NCBI GenBank assembly: GCA_001769385.1 | Contig: MEPB01000037.1 | Coordinates: forward strand, 12,241-76,240 | DNA length: 64,000 nt | Direction of reading: 5' to 3' | From: Bacteroidetes bacterium RIFCSPLOWO2_12_FULL_35_15 | GTDB taxonomy: Bacteria; Bacteroidota; Bacteroidia; 2-12-FULL-35-15 | Shown: piece by piece, positions 1 to 9,879 of the stretch | Layout: each line of letters opens with the position of its first letter | How positions within the stretch are numbered: the first letter of the stretch is position 1 | The notes under the pieces: model-generated | Databases searched by the model: none | What the model saw: only the letters and a program-made list of their open reading frames with translations | Told to the model about the DNA's origin: nothing | Program-made: the position numbers and the translations under genes

Positions 1-1
1 A

Positions 2-256
2 GGATAAATAGAGTTTGCGGGGCGATATCTGTAATTTTACTTTAGACTCTGTTTGCATCAGTTTCCCTTTGATACGTTCATGACAGTGCAAGTTATAACG
101 TAAGGTTTTGATATTAGAAATAGATTCGAAAATTTTATTGATCAAATCACGGTTACTCGATATGCTTTCGGTTTTTTTAAAACGGAAAGATAACATCGTG
201 ATACTTAAGCCAATAAGGGTAAATAAAATATAAAAATGTTGTGCCTTTAATTTCAT
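2..256 (-). CDS. DUF1571-like exported protein, partial (runs off window start); paralog of 330..1181
   Basis: Not in ORF track. ATG at 256 gives MKLKAQHFYILFTLIGLSITMLSF...SISNIKTLRYNLHCHERIKGKLMQTESKVKLQISPRKLYLS, which aligns by eye with SIKNIRTQSLHVKATERIGKRFLIAESYIKLNVSPKKIYFHS of the neighbour. Confidence 0.8.
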   Translation of the reverse strand, partial: MKLKAQHFYILFTLIGLSITMLSFRFKKTESISSNRDLINKIFESISNIKTLRYNLHCHERIKGKLMQTESKVKLQISPRKLYLS

Positions 257-329
257 TAGGATGCTAAAATAGTTTACAAAGATACTCTCATTTTTAATTT
301 AATGTTAATTAATTTATTTCCAATCTCTT

Positions 330-1181
330 TTAAAACCCATATCCTTTATAATTTTTTGAAAATTCATCCGATGTGAATGAATGGTTGATACGCATTTTTG
401 TAAACTCATACGCTTCAAATAATCCCTCATCATCATATACAGTTATGTTTATTGGCAGGTACATCTTTTTATCAATATACATAATAACTTTGCTGCAGTA
501 TGGGATGGGAATAATAAGTTTTTCCCCTTCTTTTATCGACCCAAAGTAACTGGATAGGTTGTTTTTATAACGGATTTTATAATCACTCGTATTTAGTTTA
601 TGTGCAATACTTGTAACGGTTTCACCTTTTTTTGTAATGTATTCGATAAATTTATACTCCGGATAATTGATAATTATTTGATAACATTCTTTATTATCCC
701 AGGTAAGTGTTCCGGCATAGGAAAAATGTTTGTCGAAATCTTTTGGAGAGCTTAAAATAGTATTTGCTATCGTTTTTCCAATATAAGAAGAGCCCAGATC
801 AAAAATGGTATGATGCTGGTCTTTTCTAACAATGCTTCCAAATGGGTCAAGATCAAAATTTATTAAAGGGATAGATTGGGAATGAACAATTGCATTTCCT
901 TTATTAGTGCCTTCTACCCATAATAATTCGATACCTTTTGCAGGACTGTGAAAATATATTTTTTTTGGACTTACATTTAGTTTGATATAAGATTCCGCAA
1001 TTAAAAAGCGTTTCCCAATTCGCTCAGTAGCTTTTACGTGTAAGCTTTGTGTTCTGATGTTTTTGATGCTATCAAGCGTATGCAAAATTATCTCTCTGCA
1101 TGTTATACTTTTTCTGTCTTTTGAACCGCCAATGAATATGGAGGATATTAAAATAATAGCTATCGCTATAGTTTTTTTCAC
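330..1181 (-). CDS. DUF1571/LolA-like exported protein with internal LysM domain
   Basis: GTG start, signal peptide; LysM-like YITKKGETVTSIAHKLNTSDYKIRYKNNL..IKEGEKLIIP; LolA-like C-terminus LPINITVYDDEGLFEAYEFTKMRIN. Confidence 0.7.
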   Translation of the reverse strand: MKKTIAIAIILISSIFIGGSKDRKSITCREIILHTLDSIKNIRTQSLHVKATERIGKRFLIAESYIKLNVSPKKIYFHSPAKGIELLWVEGTNKGNAIVHSQSIPLINFDLDPFGSIVRKDQHHTIFDLGSSYIGKTIANTILSSPKDFDKHFSYAGTLTWDNKECYQIIINYPEYKFIEYITKKGETVTSIAHKLNTSDYKIRYKNNLSSYFGSIKEGEKLIIPIPYCSKVIMYIDKKMYLPINITVYDDEGLFEAYEFTKMRINHSFTSDEFSKNYKGYGF

Positions 1182-1278
1182 GCAGCGAAATTAATAAAAA
1201 AAACAGCAAAAATTTCTAATATTTCAAAATGCAACAGGTGAAATTAATTCAGTAAATTCGTACAAATAAATAGTTTTT

Positions 1279-2016
1279 ATGAAAATTATTGGAATAATAC
1301 CAGCCCGTTTTGCATCATCCCGTTTTCCGGGGAAGCCTTTAGTTGAGATAGGAGGAAAGTCGATGATCCAGCGGGTATATGAGCAGGCAAAAAAATCAAG
1401 GTCATTGGCAGATGTTGTTGTTGCAACTGATGATGAACGAATTGTACAGCATGTAAAAACATTTGATGGGAAAGTGGTGATGACAAGTGGAAATCATCAA
1501 AGCGGTACCGACCGTTGTTTTGAGGCGATACAAACATTTTATCCTGCCGCTGATGTGGTGATAAATATTCAGGGAGACGAACCGTTTATTCATCCCGAAC
1601 AGATCGATCTTGTTGCATCCTGCTTCAATTCAGATAAAGTGCAAATTGCAACTTTGGTTAAAAAGATAATCAATAACGAAGAATTGTTTAATGCAAATAT
1701 TCCAAAAGTAGTGATCAATAAGGTTAAAGAAGCGATTTGTTTCAGCCGTCAGACCCTGCCGTTTATTAGGGGAAAGGAGCAATCCGAATGGCTGAACAAT
1801 TATACTTTTTACAAACACATTGGAATTTATGCCTATACAACCAAAGTTTTGAAGGAAATTACATCATTGACACAATCTCCGTTAGAACTGGCAGAAGCTT
1901 TAGAACAACTACGGTGGATTGAGAATGGATACAAAATAAATGTCGAAATAACTGATTTTGAAAGTGTTGCAATTGACTCTCCGGAAGACTTAAAAAAATT
2001 AACAAATTTTTTGTAA
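1279..2016 (+). CDS. kdsB: 3-deoxy-manno-octulosonate cytidylyltransferase
   Basis: IIPARFASSRFPGKPL, SGTDR, NIQGDEP, HIGIYAY, LEQLRW motifs. Confidence 0.97.
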   Translation: MKIIGIIPARFASSRFPGKPLVEIGGKSMIQRVYEQAKKSRSLADVVVATDDERIVQHVKTFDGKVVMTSGNHQSGTDRCFEAIQTFYPAADVVINIQGDEPFIHPEQIDLVASCFNSDKVQIATLVKKIINNEELFNANIPKVVINKVKEAICFSRQTLPFIRGKEQSEWLNNYTFYKHIGIYAYTTKVLKEITSLTQSPLELAEALEQLRWIENGYKINVEITDFESVAIDSPEDLKKLTNFL

Positions 2017-2032
2017 TTTAGCATTTCGATTC

Positions 2033-3061
2033 ATGCAGAAGATAGATTTACATATCAGCAATTTATTATATGATCACGATTGTGTGATTGTTCCTGAACT
2101 AGGAGGTTTTGTTGCTAATTATACCTGCGCAAAAATTCATTCTTCTCAACATTCATTTATACCACCATCAAAAAATATCGTTTTTAATAAGAATCTTAAA
2201 AATAATGATGGGCTTCTGGCAAATCAAATTTCTTCCGCTGAAAGTATTAATTATTCAAGTGCATTGCAGCACATCTCGGCTTTTGTCAATGATTCAAATT
2301 TACTATTGAAAAAAGGGGGCAAAGTAAAAATTGCAGATGTTGGCACCTTGTTTTTGGATGTAGAAAAAAACGTTCAGTTCGAGGCCGATACTACCAATTT
2401 TTTAATAGATGCATTTGGTCTTTCCCAATTTCAATCTCCTGCAATTAAGCGGGATAACATTGGCAAACGAATCGAAAAAGAGTTTAAAGACAGAGGAGCA
2501 GTTCCGGCAGAAAAACGAAAGATAAATATCAAACGATATGTTGCTTTAGCATTAGTGGCTCCTTTGATCTTTGGTATTATATGGATCCCTTTAAAAACAG
2601 ATTTGCTGAAAAATATTAATTATTCAAATTTAAATCCTTTTGCTTCAAAAGAAATTGCAAAACCGGAAATTAAGATTGAAGCAAAAAAATCAAATGCGAA
2701 AACTATCCTTATAAATAGTAGTGATACTTCTGCAATTAAACCAATAATCACACAATCACTTCCGGTTACTGCTAATTTAGTGGAGCCCGTGATAGCGGAC
2801 ACTACATCCGTTGCAAAACAAATAAGCAACAATGTGGATCTGAAATTTCATTTGGTGACAGGTTGTTTCCAAATTCAGGAGAACGCTGAAAAATTTGTTA
2901 TCGATTTACAAAGTCAACACATTTCTGCTTCCATTATCGGTCAAAATGATAGAGGGTTGTATGTTGTAAGTTGCGGTGACTATGCTTCTCGTAAAGAAGC
3001 AAATAGTGAATTAATAAATTTACGTAAACTTCAGCCTTACGCCTGGTTATTTAAAAAATAG
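2033..3061 (+). CDS. HU-CCDC81-like N-terminal domain / TM / C-terminal SPOR domain protein
   Basis: LLYDHDCVIVPELGGF and NNDGLLA N-terminus, one TM segment, C-terminal FHLVTGCFQIQENAEK SPOR-like domain. Confidence 0.8.
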   Translation: MQKIDLHISNLLYDHDCVIVPELGGFVANYTCAKIHSSQHSFIPPSKNIVFNKNLKNNDGLLANQISSAESINYSSALQHISAFVNDSNLLLKKGGKVKIADVGTLFLDVEKNVQFEADTTNFLIDAFGLSQFQSPAIKRDNIGKRIEKEFKDRGAVPAEKRKINIKRYVALALVAPLIFGIIWIPLKTDLLKNINYSNLNPFASKEIAKPEIKIEAKKSNAKTILINSSDTSAIKPIITQSLPVTANLVEPVIADTTSVAKQISNNVDLKFHLVTGCFQIQENAEKFVIDLQSQHISASIIGQNDRGLYVVSCGDYASRKEANSELINLRKLQPYAWLFKK

Positions 3062-3128
3062 TCAGAAATTAGCTTGCTTTACCTCCAATGTTCCTTTGAT
3101 ATTTTATTTCTTAAAAATATAAAATAAA

Positions 3129-3974
3129 ATGATGCGAACGCTTTTCATACTTATTCTTGCTTCTTCTATCGCATCCTGCAAAGATCCTTTACCTGTATAT
3201 TTTGATAAACCAATTGGTGAAAAAATAGCCGTTTTCCCGGAAGACATGCGAGGGTATTATTATAGTTTGGATGACATTATCAATGAAGGGAAAAAAAAAG
3301 CAATGGGAAATTATTTTTTAAAAGAGGATCAAATTTCCATAAAGGATACCCTTAGTTTAGCAAATGCAACCGAGCCCAATAATGATATTTCAGATTCTAC
3401 AAAAAATGAAACAGGGAGTGCTTCTGTTTCAGTAGATTCGGCTCTTTCCATGACTCCCAAAAAAATAAATGATTTTTATAAAATTGCCCGTTTAAATAAA
3501 CTTTCATTTAATTATGTGGATACAATTATTAATAATATTGACAAAAAAGAAAAAATTGTTTTTGGTTTTTTAAAAATTGCTGCCGACAAAATTTCATTGC
3601 TCTATATTGATTCACTGGGTCACAATAATGAATCGACCTTATTAAAATTAGATGAACAATTACAATTAACCAGCTATTTAGGGGCAAATTACCTGAATTT
3701 TAAAACACCTTTTGGATGGGAAATTATGCAGATTGATGCTTGGGATAACGGAACATATTTAAATTTTGTACAATTTTATTTTACTGATTATGATGATCAA
3801 ACAGGAGATGAAAAGTGTTTTCTAAGTTCTACCCAAAATATTTACCCGAAGTTAAAGCCAATTTATAATTCAGAAAAATTGATAATAGGGGTGAAGGGAA
3901 ATACCAAACCGAACTTGTTAATAGAGAAGTTTAAAAAATCGGAATTTAGTCTTGTTCTTTTGAAAGTGGAGTAG
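3129..3974 (+). CDS. hypothetical lipoprotein
   Basis: 281-aa ORF with lipobox-like IASC. Confidence 0.65.
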   Translation: MMRTLFILILASSIASCKDPLPVYFDKPIGEKIAVFPEDMRGYYYSLDDIINEGKKKAMGNYFLKEDQISIKDTLSLANATEPNNDISDSTKNETGSASVSVDSALSMTPKKINDFYKIARLNKLSFNYVDTIINNIDKKEKIVFGFLKIAADKISLLYIDSLGHNNESTLLKLDEQLQLTSYLGANYLNFKTPFGWEIMQIDAWDNGTYLNFVQFYFTDYDDQTGDEKCFLSSTQNIYPKLKPIYNSEKLIIGVKGNTKPNLLIEKFKKSEFSLVLLKVE

Positions 3975-4560
3975 GGTTGTCCTTCTTTGTTTCTACCACT
4001 TTTTTTTCAGTGTCATATTTCTCTCTGCTTTTCTTGTAAATTTTTATTGCCATCACCAACGTAAGCGAAAAAATTATCAATCCGAGAATACCCCAAACAA
4101 AGCCGCTGTTGTTCCTGTCTTGTAAAACAATTACAAAAACGATAGCCACTAAAAAAACGGTTGCTACTTCATTCCATAATCGTAATTTGAATGACGAATG
4201 TTTTACATAATCCCTTTGCAATTGTTTGAACATTACATGACATTCTACATGGTACAAAATGAGGCCACCAACAAAACACAGTTTAAGAATAAAAAAAGCT
4301 TTAAATAAATAAAGCTCAATCGGCATTACAAAAATTATCCACCATCCAAAAATCAATGTTAAAATCATGGAAGGCCATGTTATTCCATACCACAGTCGTT
4401 TTTCCATTAATTTATATTGTTTTTGCAAAATGCTTTTTTCCGGTTCTTCCTTCTCTTCTGCTTCGGTGTGATAAATGAACAAACGAACGATATAAAATAA
4501 ACCCGCAAACCAGGTTACAACAAATATGATATGTAATGCCTTTAGATAAAAGAAGCTCAT
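3946..4560 (-). CDS. hemJ: protoporphyrinogen IX oxidase HemJ (CopD family)
   Basis: KALHIIFVVTWFAGLFYIVRLFIYH, MEKRLW, RLWNEV motifs. Confidence 0.88.
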   Translation of the reverse strand: MSFFYLKALHIIFVVTWFAGLFYIVRLFIYHTEAEEKEEPEKSILQKQYKLMEKRLWYGITWPSMILTLIFGWWIIFVMPIELYLFKAFFILKLCFVGGLILYHVECHVMFKQLQRDYVKHSSFKLRLWNEVATVFLVAIVFVIVLQDRNNSGFVWGILGLIIFSLTLVMAIKIYKKSREKYDTEKKVVETKKDNPTPLSKEQD

Positions 4561-4695
4561 CGTTAAATTGAAAAAATGTTTGCGTAAAGGTACAAGGAAA
4601 TTACAGATTATAAATGATAAAATGCATGTTTCGAAATGTGAATTTAAGATGGTGAATAGAAATATACCTGAATCATCAAACGAAATAATTCTGAT

Positions 4696-4703
4696 TATCT
4701 TTG
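4696..4703 (+). promoter_or_regulatory. Bacteroidota housekeeping-sigma -7 box (TATCTTTG)
   Basis: Matches TAnnTTTG, 13 nt before the thioesterase ATG. Confidence 0.6.
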
Positions 4704-4716
4704 CAAAAAAAATATC

Positions 4717-5238
4717 ATGAAACCGAAAACAGCAAAAGAATCATTAACAATACAAACTCAAATCGTTATGCCTAATGATACCAACACTTTGGGTAATTTA
4801 TTTGGTGGAAGGTTATTGCAGTGGATGGATATTGTTGCATCCATTACTGCTCATCGTCATTGCAAGCGGGTGGTGGTTACAGCATCAGTAAATAGTGTTG
4901 CTTTTAATAATCCGATTAATCATTCAAGTATAGTAACATTGGAATCAAAAGTATCAAGAGCATTTACTTCATCCATGGAAATTTTTATTGATGTTTGGGT
5001 AGAAGATCATGTGACCGGAAAAAAAATGAAATGTAATGAAGCTATTTATACATTTGTTGCTGTTGATCAAAATGGTTCGCCATTGCCTGTTCCTGCACTT
5101 GTTCCCGAAACAGATGAAGAGAAACAGCGTTTCAGTAGCGCTTTGCGCAGACGACAATTGAGTTTAATTTTAGCAGGTAAAATGAAACCGGAGGATGCAA
5201 CTGAATTAAAAGCGCTGTTTGCTCCCGATGTGAAATAA
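4717..5238 (+). CDS. acyl-CoA thioesterase (hotdog fold)
   Basis: VMPNDTNTLGNLFGG, VVTASV, YTFVAVD motifs. Confidence 0.92.
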   Translation: MKPKTAKESLTIQTQIVMPNDTNTLGNLFGGRLLQWMDIVASITAHRHCKRVVVTASVNSVAFNNPINHSSIVTLESKVSRAFTSSMEIFIDVWVEDHVTGKKMKCNEAIYTFVAVDQNGSPLPVPALVPETDEEKQRFSSALRRRQLSLILAGKMKPEDATELKALFAPDVK

Positions 5239-5286
5239 TTAATCGGATTTTTTTCTGATGCGTTTGAATCTTTATGCAAAATGAAA

Positions 5287-6624
5287 TCAATGAAATTCAT
5301 AGTTGTAATTGATTACATCCGGCAGGGCATCCAACACATCATAAACTTCTTCTTTCATTTTATTCCCTTTAGTATCATACAGGTAGGTTTTTTTTGAGTT
5401 ACTGGAGTTTTCGTTAAAAAACCAGGCTTCTTCAGTAATTTTGTTGGAACTGTTGTAGGAATAGGTTTTCCTATACCCTTGGCTTTCATTTAATTTTACG
5501 CAGCTTTCCGTTGCTAAATTGCCATTTTCGTTATAGCTATAGGTTTTGGTCTCTTCAATTGCATTATCAGCATTGTGTCGTATTTCAAATTCAAGGTTTC
5601 CAAACTCATTGTACACATACTCAATATATCCGGCACTGGAAGGTGTTGATTGTTGTTCCTTAATTTCCAAAAGGTTGCCTTGTTCGTCATAAATACTTTG
5701 ATTGATGGAGGATATCGTTCCATGATCTTTGTACTCTTTACTTTCGATAGTGTTTCCATTGTGATCAAACCTATAGGTTGATTTTTGTATAATACTTCCA
5801 TCTACATTGTAGGATGTTTTTTCAATTTGCTCTCCTTTTGCACTGTATTTGTAGGTAGTCCTGTTGAATATACTTCCATCCTCATTCATAATATCTGCTT
5901 CCACCGAATTGTTGCTATTACTATTAATTTGTCCGTTGAACTCGCTACCAGAGGTAAATGATTTCTCTTCTATCCTGTTGTTTTTCTCATCATATTTAAA
6001 TGACTTTTCAGAATGTATGATGTAAAAGCGGAGCAAGTCTATTTCATTCAAAATGCCATTTTTGTCGTATTTATAATCTTTGCGGGACAATACGGTGCTA
6101 TCAGCATTGGTTTTTATTTCAAGCAATAATTTGTTTTCTTTTGTGTAAGCAAAAATGAATCTGCTTTTAATTTCTTCATCCGCATTGTATTTTATTTCTT
6201 CTGTTTTATTTCCTTTTAGATCATAATTCCTTCTGGTCCTGTTGTTGATTATCAAATCAGTTAATTCTATTGGTGTTTTTTTTCTGTCGTTTTTATCAAA
6301 ATAGCAGGAGCGAGGTTTTATTCTGGAGGAGAGTTTGTAATTTACTTCTTCGGTCATGTTGCCTAAATCGTCATAATTGTATAGGATTCGTTCTACAAAG
6401 GTTCCATCAGCATCGTAATTTTCGGTGATGGTTTTGTTGCCCTTTTTATTGTATTCCATATAGAAAACCATGGTTCCTTTCGTAGAATTAGGAGATTCCG
6501 ATTTCCATGCGATTACCGATTTAACGTCATTTTTGTTAATATTTTCCTCTGACAAAGCGGAACTGGCGAATATCGAATTGAAAAGTACGATGAATAACAG
6601 GATCAATGAAAAATGAATACGCAT
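5287..6624 (-). CDS. exported YD/RHS-like repeat protein
   Basis: Signal peptide followed by repeated YxYDxxGNxxE units. Confidence 0.7.
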   Translation of the reverse strand: MRIHFSLILLFIVLFNSIFASSALSEENINKNDVKSVIAWKSESPNSTKGTMVFYMEYNKKGNKTITENYDADGTFVERILYNYDDLGNMTEEVNYKLSSRIKPRSCYFDKNDRKKTPIELTDLIINNRTRRNYDLKGNKTEEIKYNADEEIKSRFIFAYTKENKLLLEIKTNADSTVLSRKDYKYDKNGILNEIDLLRFYIIHSEKSFKYDEKNNRIEEKSFTSGSEFNGQINSNSNNSVEADIMNEDGSIFNRTTYKYSAKGEQIEKTSYNVDGSIIQKSTYRFDHNGNTIESKEYKDHGTISSINQSIYDEQGNLLEIKEQQSTPSSAGYIEYVYNEFGNLEFEIRHNADNAIEETKTYSYNENGNLATESCVKLNESQGYRKTYSYNSSNKITEEAWFFNENSSNSKKTYLYDTKGNKMKEEVYDVLDALPDVINYNYEFH

Positions 6625-6767
6625 AATTTGGAGTAATTTTTGAGCCTACGAAAATACAAAAAAAAATGACATTTTTAATTATGACCGAAAACATTGAAAA
6701 TGTTTAAGTTTTTGGAAATTAGTTTGTTGGAAACTTAAATTATGAAACCCTATATCTTTCATCTCTT

Positions 6768-6858
6768 CCATACATTTAAAATGTCCTTTCGGGCATTTAT
6801 CATAACCAATTATAGAGCAGGGACGACAGGAAAGATTTTTTACTTCTACCATTTTTGA
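6768..6858 (-). repeat. 91-bp direct-repeat copy of the GT9 gene 3' end (copy 2 at 9904..9994)
   Basis: ccatacatttaaaatgtcc...ctaccatttttga identical to 9904..9994 except one base (aattatag vs aattttag). Confidence 0.95.
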
Positions 6859-6937
6859 TTTTGAAACAGAGATGAAAGGTTTAATAGATATTGAAATTTG
6901 TATTCAAAATTTAACTCCTCAATTAAAACCCCAAAAT

Positions 6938-7417
6938 CTACTCGTAATTCAACGGAGCAACCTTTGAATTTTTAATCGTTGAAAGGATTACCATTGTCGT
7001 CATATTAGAGATCTCTTTAATATTTCTAATTGTGCCCATTGCCAAACGCTCGTAAGCTGCAATGTCCTCGACCATTATTTTTAAAACATAATCAGAAGAT
7101 CCTGTAACATGGTGACACTCGATGATTTCCGGAATAGAATTGATTTCTTTTATAAAATTCGGAACGGCATTACCCTGAGTCTGAGTAAGGGAAACCAGCA
7201 TAAAAGTCTGGATGCCCATCCCTAATGCAACCACATCCACTTCCGCATGATAGCTTTTTATGATTTTGGCTTTTTCGAGCTTTTTAACTCTTTCAAAGGT
7301 TGGGGTTGCAGAAAGGCCCACTTTAGTAGCAAGATCCAGGTTGCTCAGGCAACCATCCTTCTGAAGATGCTTTAAAATTTTAAGATCAATTTTGTCGAGC
7401 TCCTTAATTTTTCCCAT
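6938..7417 (-). CDS. Lrp/AsnC family transcriptional regulator
   Basis: LDKIDLKILKHLQKDG..SNLDLATKVGLS HTH and ECHHVTGSSDY; ATG at 7417 preferred over TTG 7438. Confidence 0.92.
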   Translation of the reverse strand: MGKIKELDKIDLKILKHLQKDGCLSNLDLATKVGLSATPTFERVKKLEKAKIIKSYHAEVDVVALGMGIQTFMLVSLTQTQGNAVPNFIKEINSIPEIIECHHVTGSSDYVLKIMVEDIAAYERLAMGTIRNIKEISNMTTMVILSTIKNSKVAPLNYE

Positions 7418-7728
7418 TTCGTGTAGTTTTTTTTGCAAAGTAACATTAAAAAAGACAGATTAAGAATTTTTTTTAGTCCTGAGAATGAAAATATTAATTC
7501 CATGAGTTTGGTGGTAAATGTTTGTTTTTCAGGTATTATCAGTTATTTATTCTTGCTTTTGATAGCTTGTTAGTATTTTATTCTTCATAACTTTCCCTTA
7601 AATTATTTTGATTTGTAAAAAACAGAATATACATTCGCCACCGTTAAAATATCTAGTTATTTATTTATTAGCAGAATTTAATTTCTAGGTTTTGTAAAAC
7701 AGCAGAATAATAACCTTAAAAAATAAAA

Positions 7729-9825
7729 ATGAAAAAGAAAATACTTTGTTTATTGTTAGGAGTTTCTTTAGTTGGAACTTTGGCAAACGCACAAATCAGA
7801 CGTTGCGGGTCCATGGAAAATCTTGAAAGGTTAAAACTGGAAGATCCTTCTTTGGAAACCCGTATGCGACAAATTGAGAATGCAACACAGGAATTTATCA
7901 ATACTCCTGGGCGTGGCATGAATGCGATCATAAACATCCCGGTAGTGGTTCATGTACTTTATAATACAACATCCCAAAATATTAGTGATGCACAAATTCA
8001 ATCTCAAATTACTGTTTTAAACGAGGATTTCAGAAAATTAAATGCAGATAAAATAAATACTCCTTCTGCTTTTGCAACCACAGCCGCTGATGCTGAAATT
8101 AATTTCTGCCTTGCAGGAAAAGATCCAAACGGTGCTGCCACTACGGGTATTATTAGAAAGTACACTGCCGTAACTTCTTTCAGTGATAATGATGGGGTTA
8201 AATATAATTCCTCAGGAGGGGATAATGCATGGCCCTCAGGAAGTTATCTTAACCTTTGGGTTTGTAATCTGGGAGGCGGTTTACTTGGATATGCCCAGTT
8301 TCCGGGAGGTCCCGTTGCTACTGATGGCGTAGTGATTCTTTATAAGTCATTTGGCAGAGGATATTCAACTGTTGCACCTTATAATAAAGGACGTACTTTA
8401 ACACATGAAGTTGGTCATTGGCTAAACCTGAGACATATCTGGGGAGATGCTTCCTGTGGAAATGATCTTGTAACTGATACACCTACGCAGCAAACGTCCA
8501 ACTATGGCTGTCCTACATATCCACACAGAACCTGCTCAAATACAACCAGTGGAGATGAATTCATGAATTATATGGATTATACTGATGATGGTTGCATGAA
8601 CATGTTTTCTTTGGGACAAAAATCAAGGATGCAAGCATTATTTTCCGGAACCCGGGCAAGTTTACTTTCATCAACTGCTTGTGGCTCACCTGCAACAACA
8701 GCATGTAATGTTCCTGCAAGTTTAAATGCATCTGGTATTACAGCATCTGCCGCAACACTTAGCTGGGGCTCGACAGGCGCAACAAGCTATAATGTTAAAA
8801 TTAAAGCTACCTCAGCAACCACTTGGACAACCGCAACAGCTACCACAAATTCAAAAGGTTTTACGGGTCTTATGGCCTCCACTACTTATGAATTTCAAGT
8901 GCAAAGTGTTTGTTCAGGCAGCACAAGCGCTTATTCAGCTTCTGCAAATTTTACAACCACTTCCGGAACGACTACATCATCCACTTTGCTGGCTATAGGT
9001 AATGGAACCAACGTAATGAAAGCCCCATATGGCACTTATTATATGGATGAGAAAACACAATTTATTGTTACAAAAACAGAATTGTTAGCTGCCGGGTACA
9101 CTTCTGCGAATAGCTATATCAAGGCTCTTGCATTTAATGTTTATAATGCAAGCGGACAGGCAATGTACGGGTTCTCCATAAAAATGCGTCATACTACAGC
9201 AGCTTCTTTTTCATCCACTTCTTATTTAAGCAATACCTCAATGACAACGGTATATGCAGCAACTAAAACAGTAACTACAGGATGGAATACCCATACTTTT
9301 ACAACACCTTTCGCATATAATGGAGTGGATAATTTGTTGATTGAAATATGCTGGGATAATAATTCGTACACCACTGATTCAAAAGTATATTGTTCTACTT
9401 TGTCAACATACAACACCATTATGAAACAACAGGATGTTGCTTCAGGAGGTATATGTGCTGCAACTACGGGGACCCAAACTACTTCAAGACCGAATATCCG
9501 TTTAACAATGGGTTCTTCCACCATAGCAAAACGACTTGAAGCCGAAGAAGAAACAATTGAAACGTTTACGCTTTATCCAAATCCTGCATCATATTCTATC
9601 ACGTTAAAGTATGCAACAGAAGCTGAACATTCTGTTATTTCGGTTTATGTTTATAACATGATGGGAGCATTAATTGATCATATTGAACAAGGCGATTTAG
9701 AAAGCGGGGATCATGAATATACGATGGATCTTTCATCATATTCCAATATGCCTAATGGGATTTATTTACTTACGCTTAATATTAACGGTAAGTTAATGAC
9801 AAAGAGATTTGTTTTAACCCGATAA
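7729..9825 (+). CDS. M43 (ulilysin/pappalysin-like) zinc metalloprotease with FN3 and T9SS type A C-terminal sorting domain
   Basis: RRCG cysteine-switch prodomain, HEVGHWLNLRH zinc motif, MNYMDY Met-turn, FN3 (YEFQVQSVC), LYPNPA...GIYLL...KRFV CTD. Confidence 0.92.
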   Translation: MKKKILCLLLGVSLVGTLANAQIRRCGSMENLERLKLEDPSLETRMRQIENATQEFINTPGRGMNAIINIPVVVHVLYNTTSQNISDAQIQSQITVLNEDFRKLNADKINTPSAFATTAADAEINFCLAGKDPNGAATTGIIRKYTAVTSFSDNDGVKYNSSGGDNAWPSGSYLNLWVCNLGGGLLGYAQFPGGPVATDGVVILYKSFGRGYSTVAPYNKGRTLTHEVGHWLNLRHIWGDASCGNDLVTDTPTQQTSNYGCPTYPHRTCSNTTSGDEFMNYMDYTDDGCMNMFSLGQKSRMQALFSGTRASLLSSTACGSPATTACNVPASLNASGITASAATLSWGSTGATSYNVKIKATSATTWTTATATTNSKGFTGLMASTTYEFQVQSVCSGSTSAYSASANFTTTSGTTTSSTLLAIGNGTNVMKAPYGTYYMDEKTQFIVTKTELLAAGYTSANSYIKALAFNVYNASGQAMYGFSIKMRHTTAASFSSTSYLSNTSMTTVYAATKTVTTGWNTHTFTTPFAYNGVDNLLIEICWDNNSYTTDSKVYCSTLSTYNTIMKQQDVASGGICAATTGTQTTSRPNIRLTMGSSTIAKRLEAEEETIETFTLYPNPASYSITLKYATEAEHSVISVYVYNMMGALIDHIEQGDLESGDHEYTMDLSSYSNMPNGIYLLTLNINGKLMTKRFVLTR

Positions 9826-9843
9826 TCAAATTAATTTAATGAG

Positions 9844-9879
9844 AAACCCCTGCAAAATTTTCATATTTTGCAGGGGTTT
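9844..9879. terminator. bidirectional intrinsic terminator
   Basis: aaacccctgcaaaat / attttgcaggggttt 15-bp inverted repeat between convergent genes. Confidence 0.85.

Noticed and set aside
5287..6624. RHS polymorphic toxin
   Set aside because: No RHS core terminus (DPxG), no toxin tip and no immunity gene
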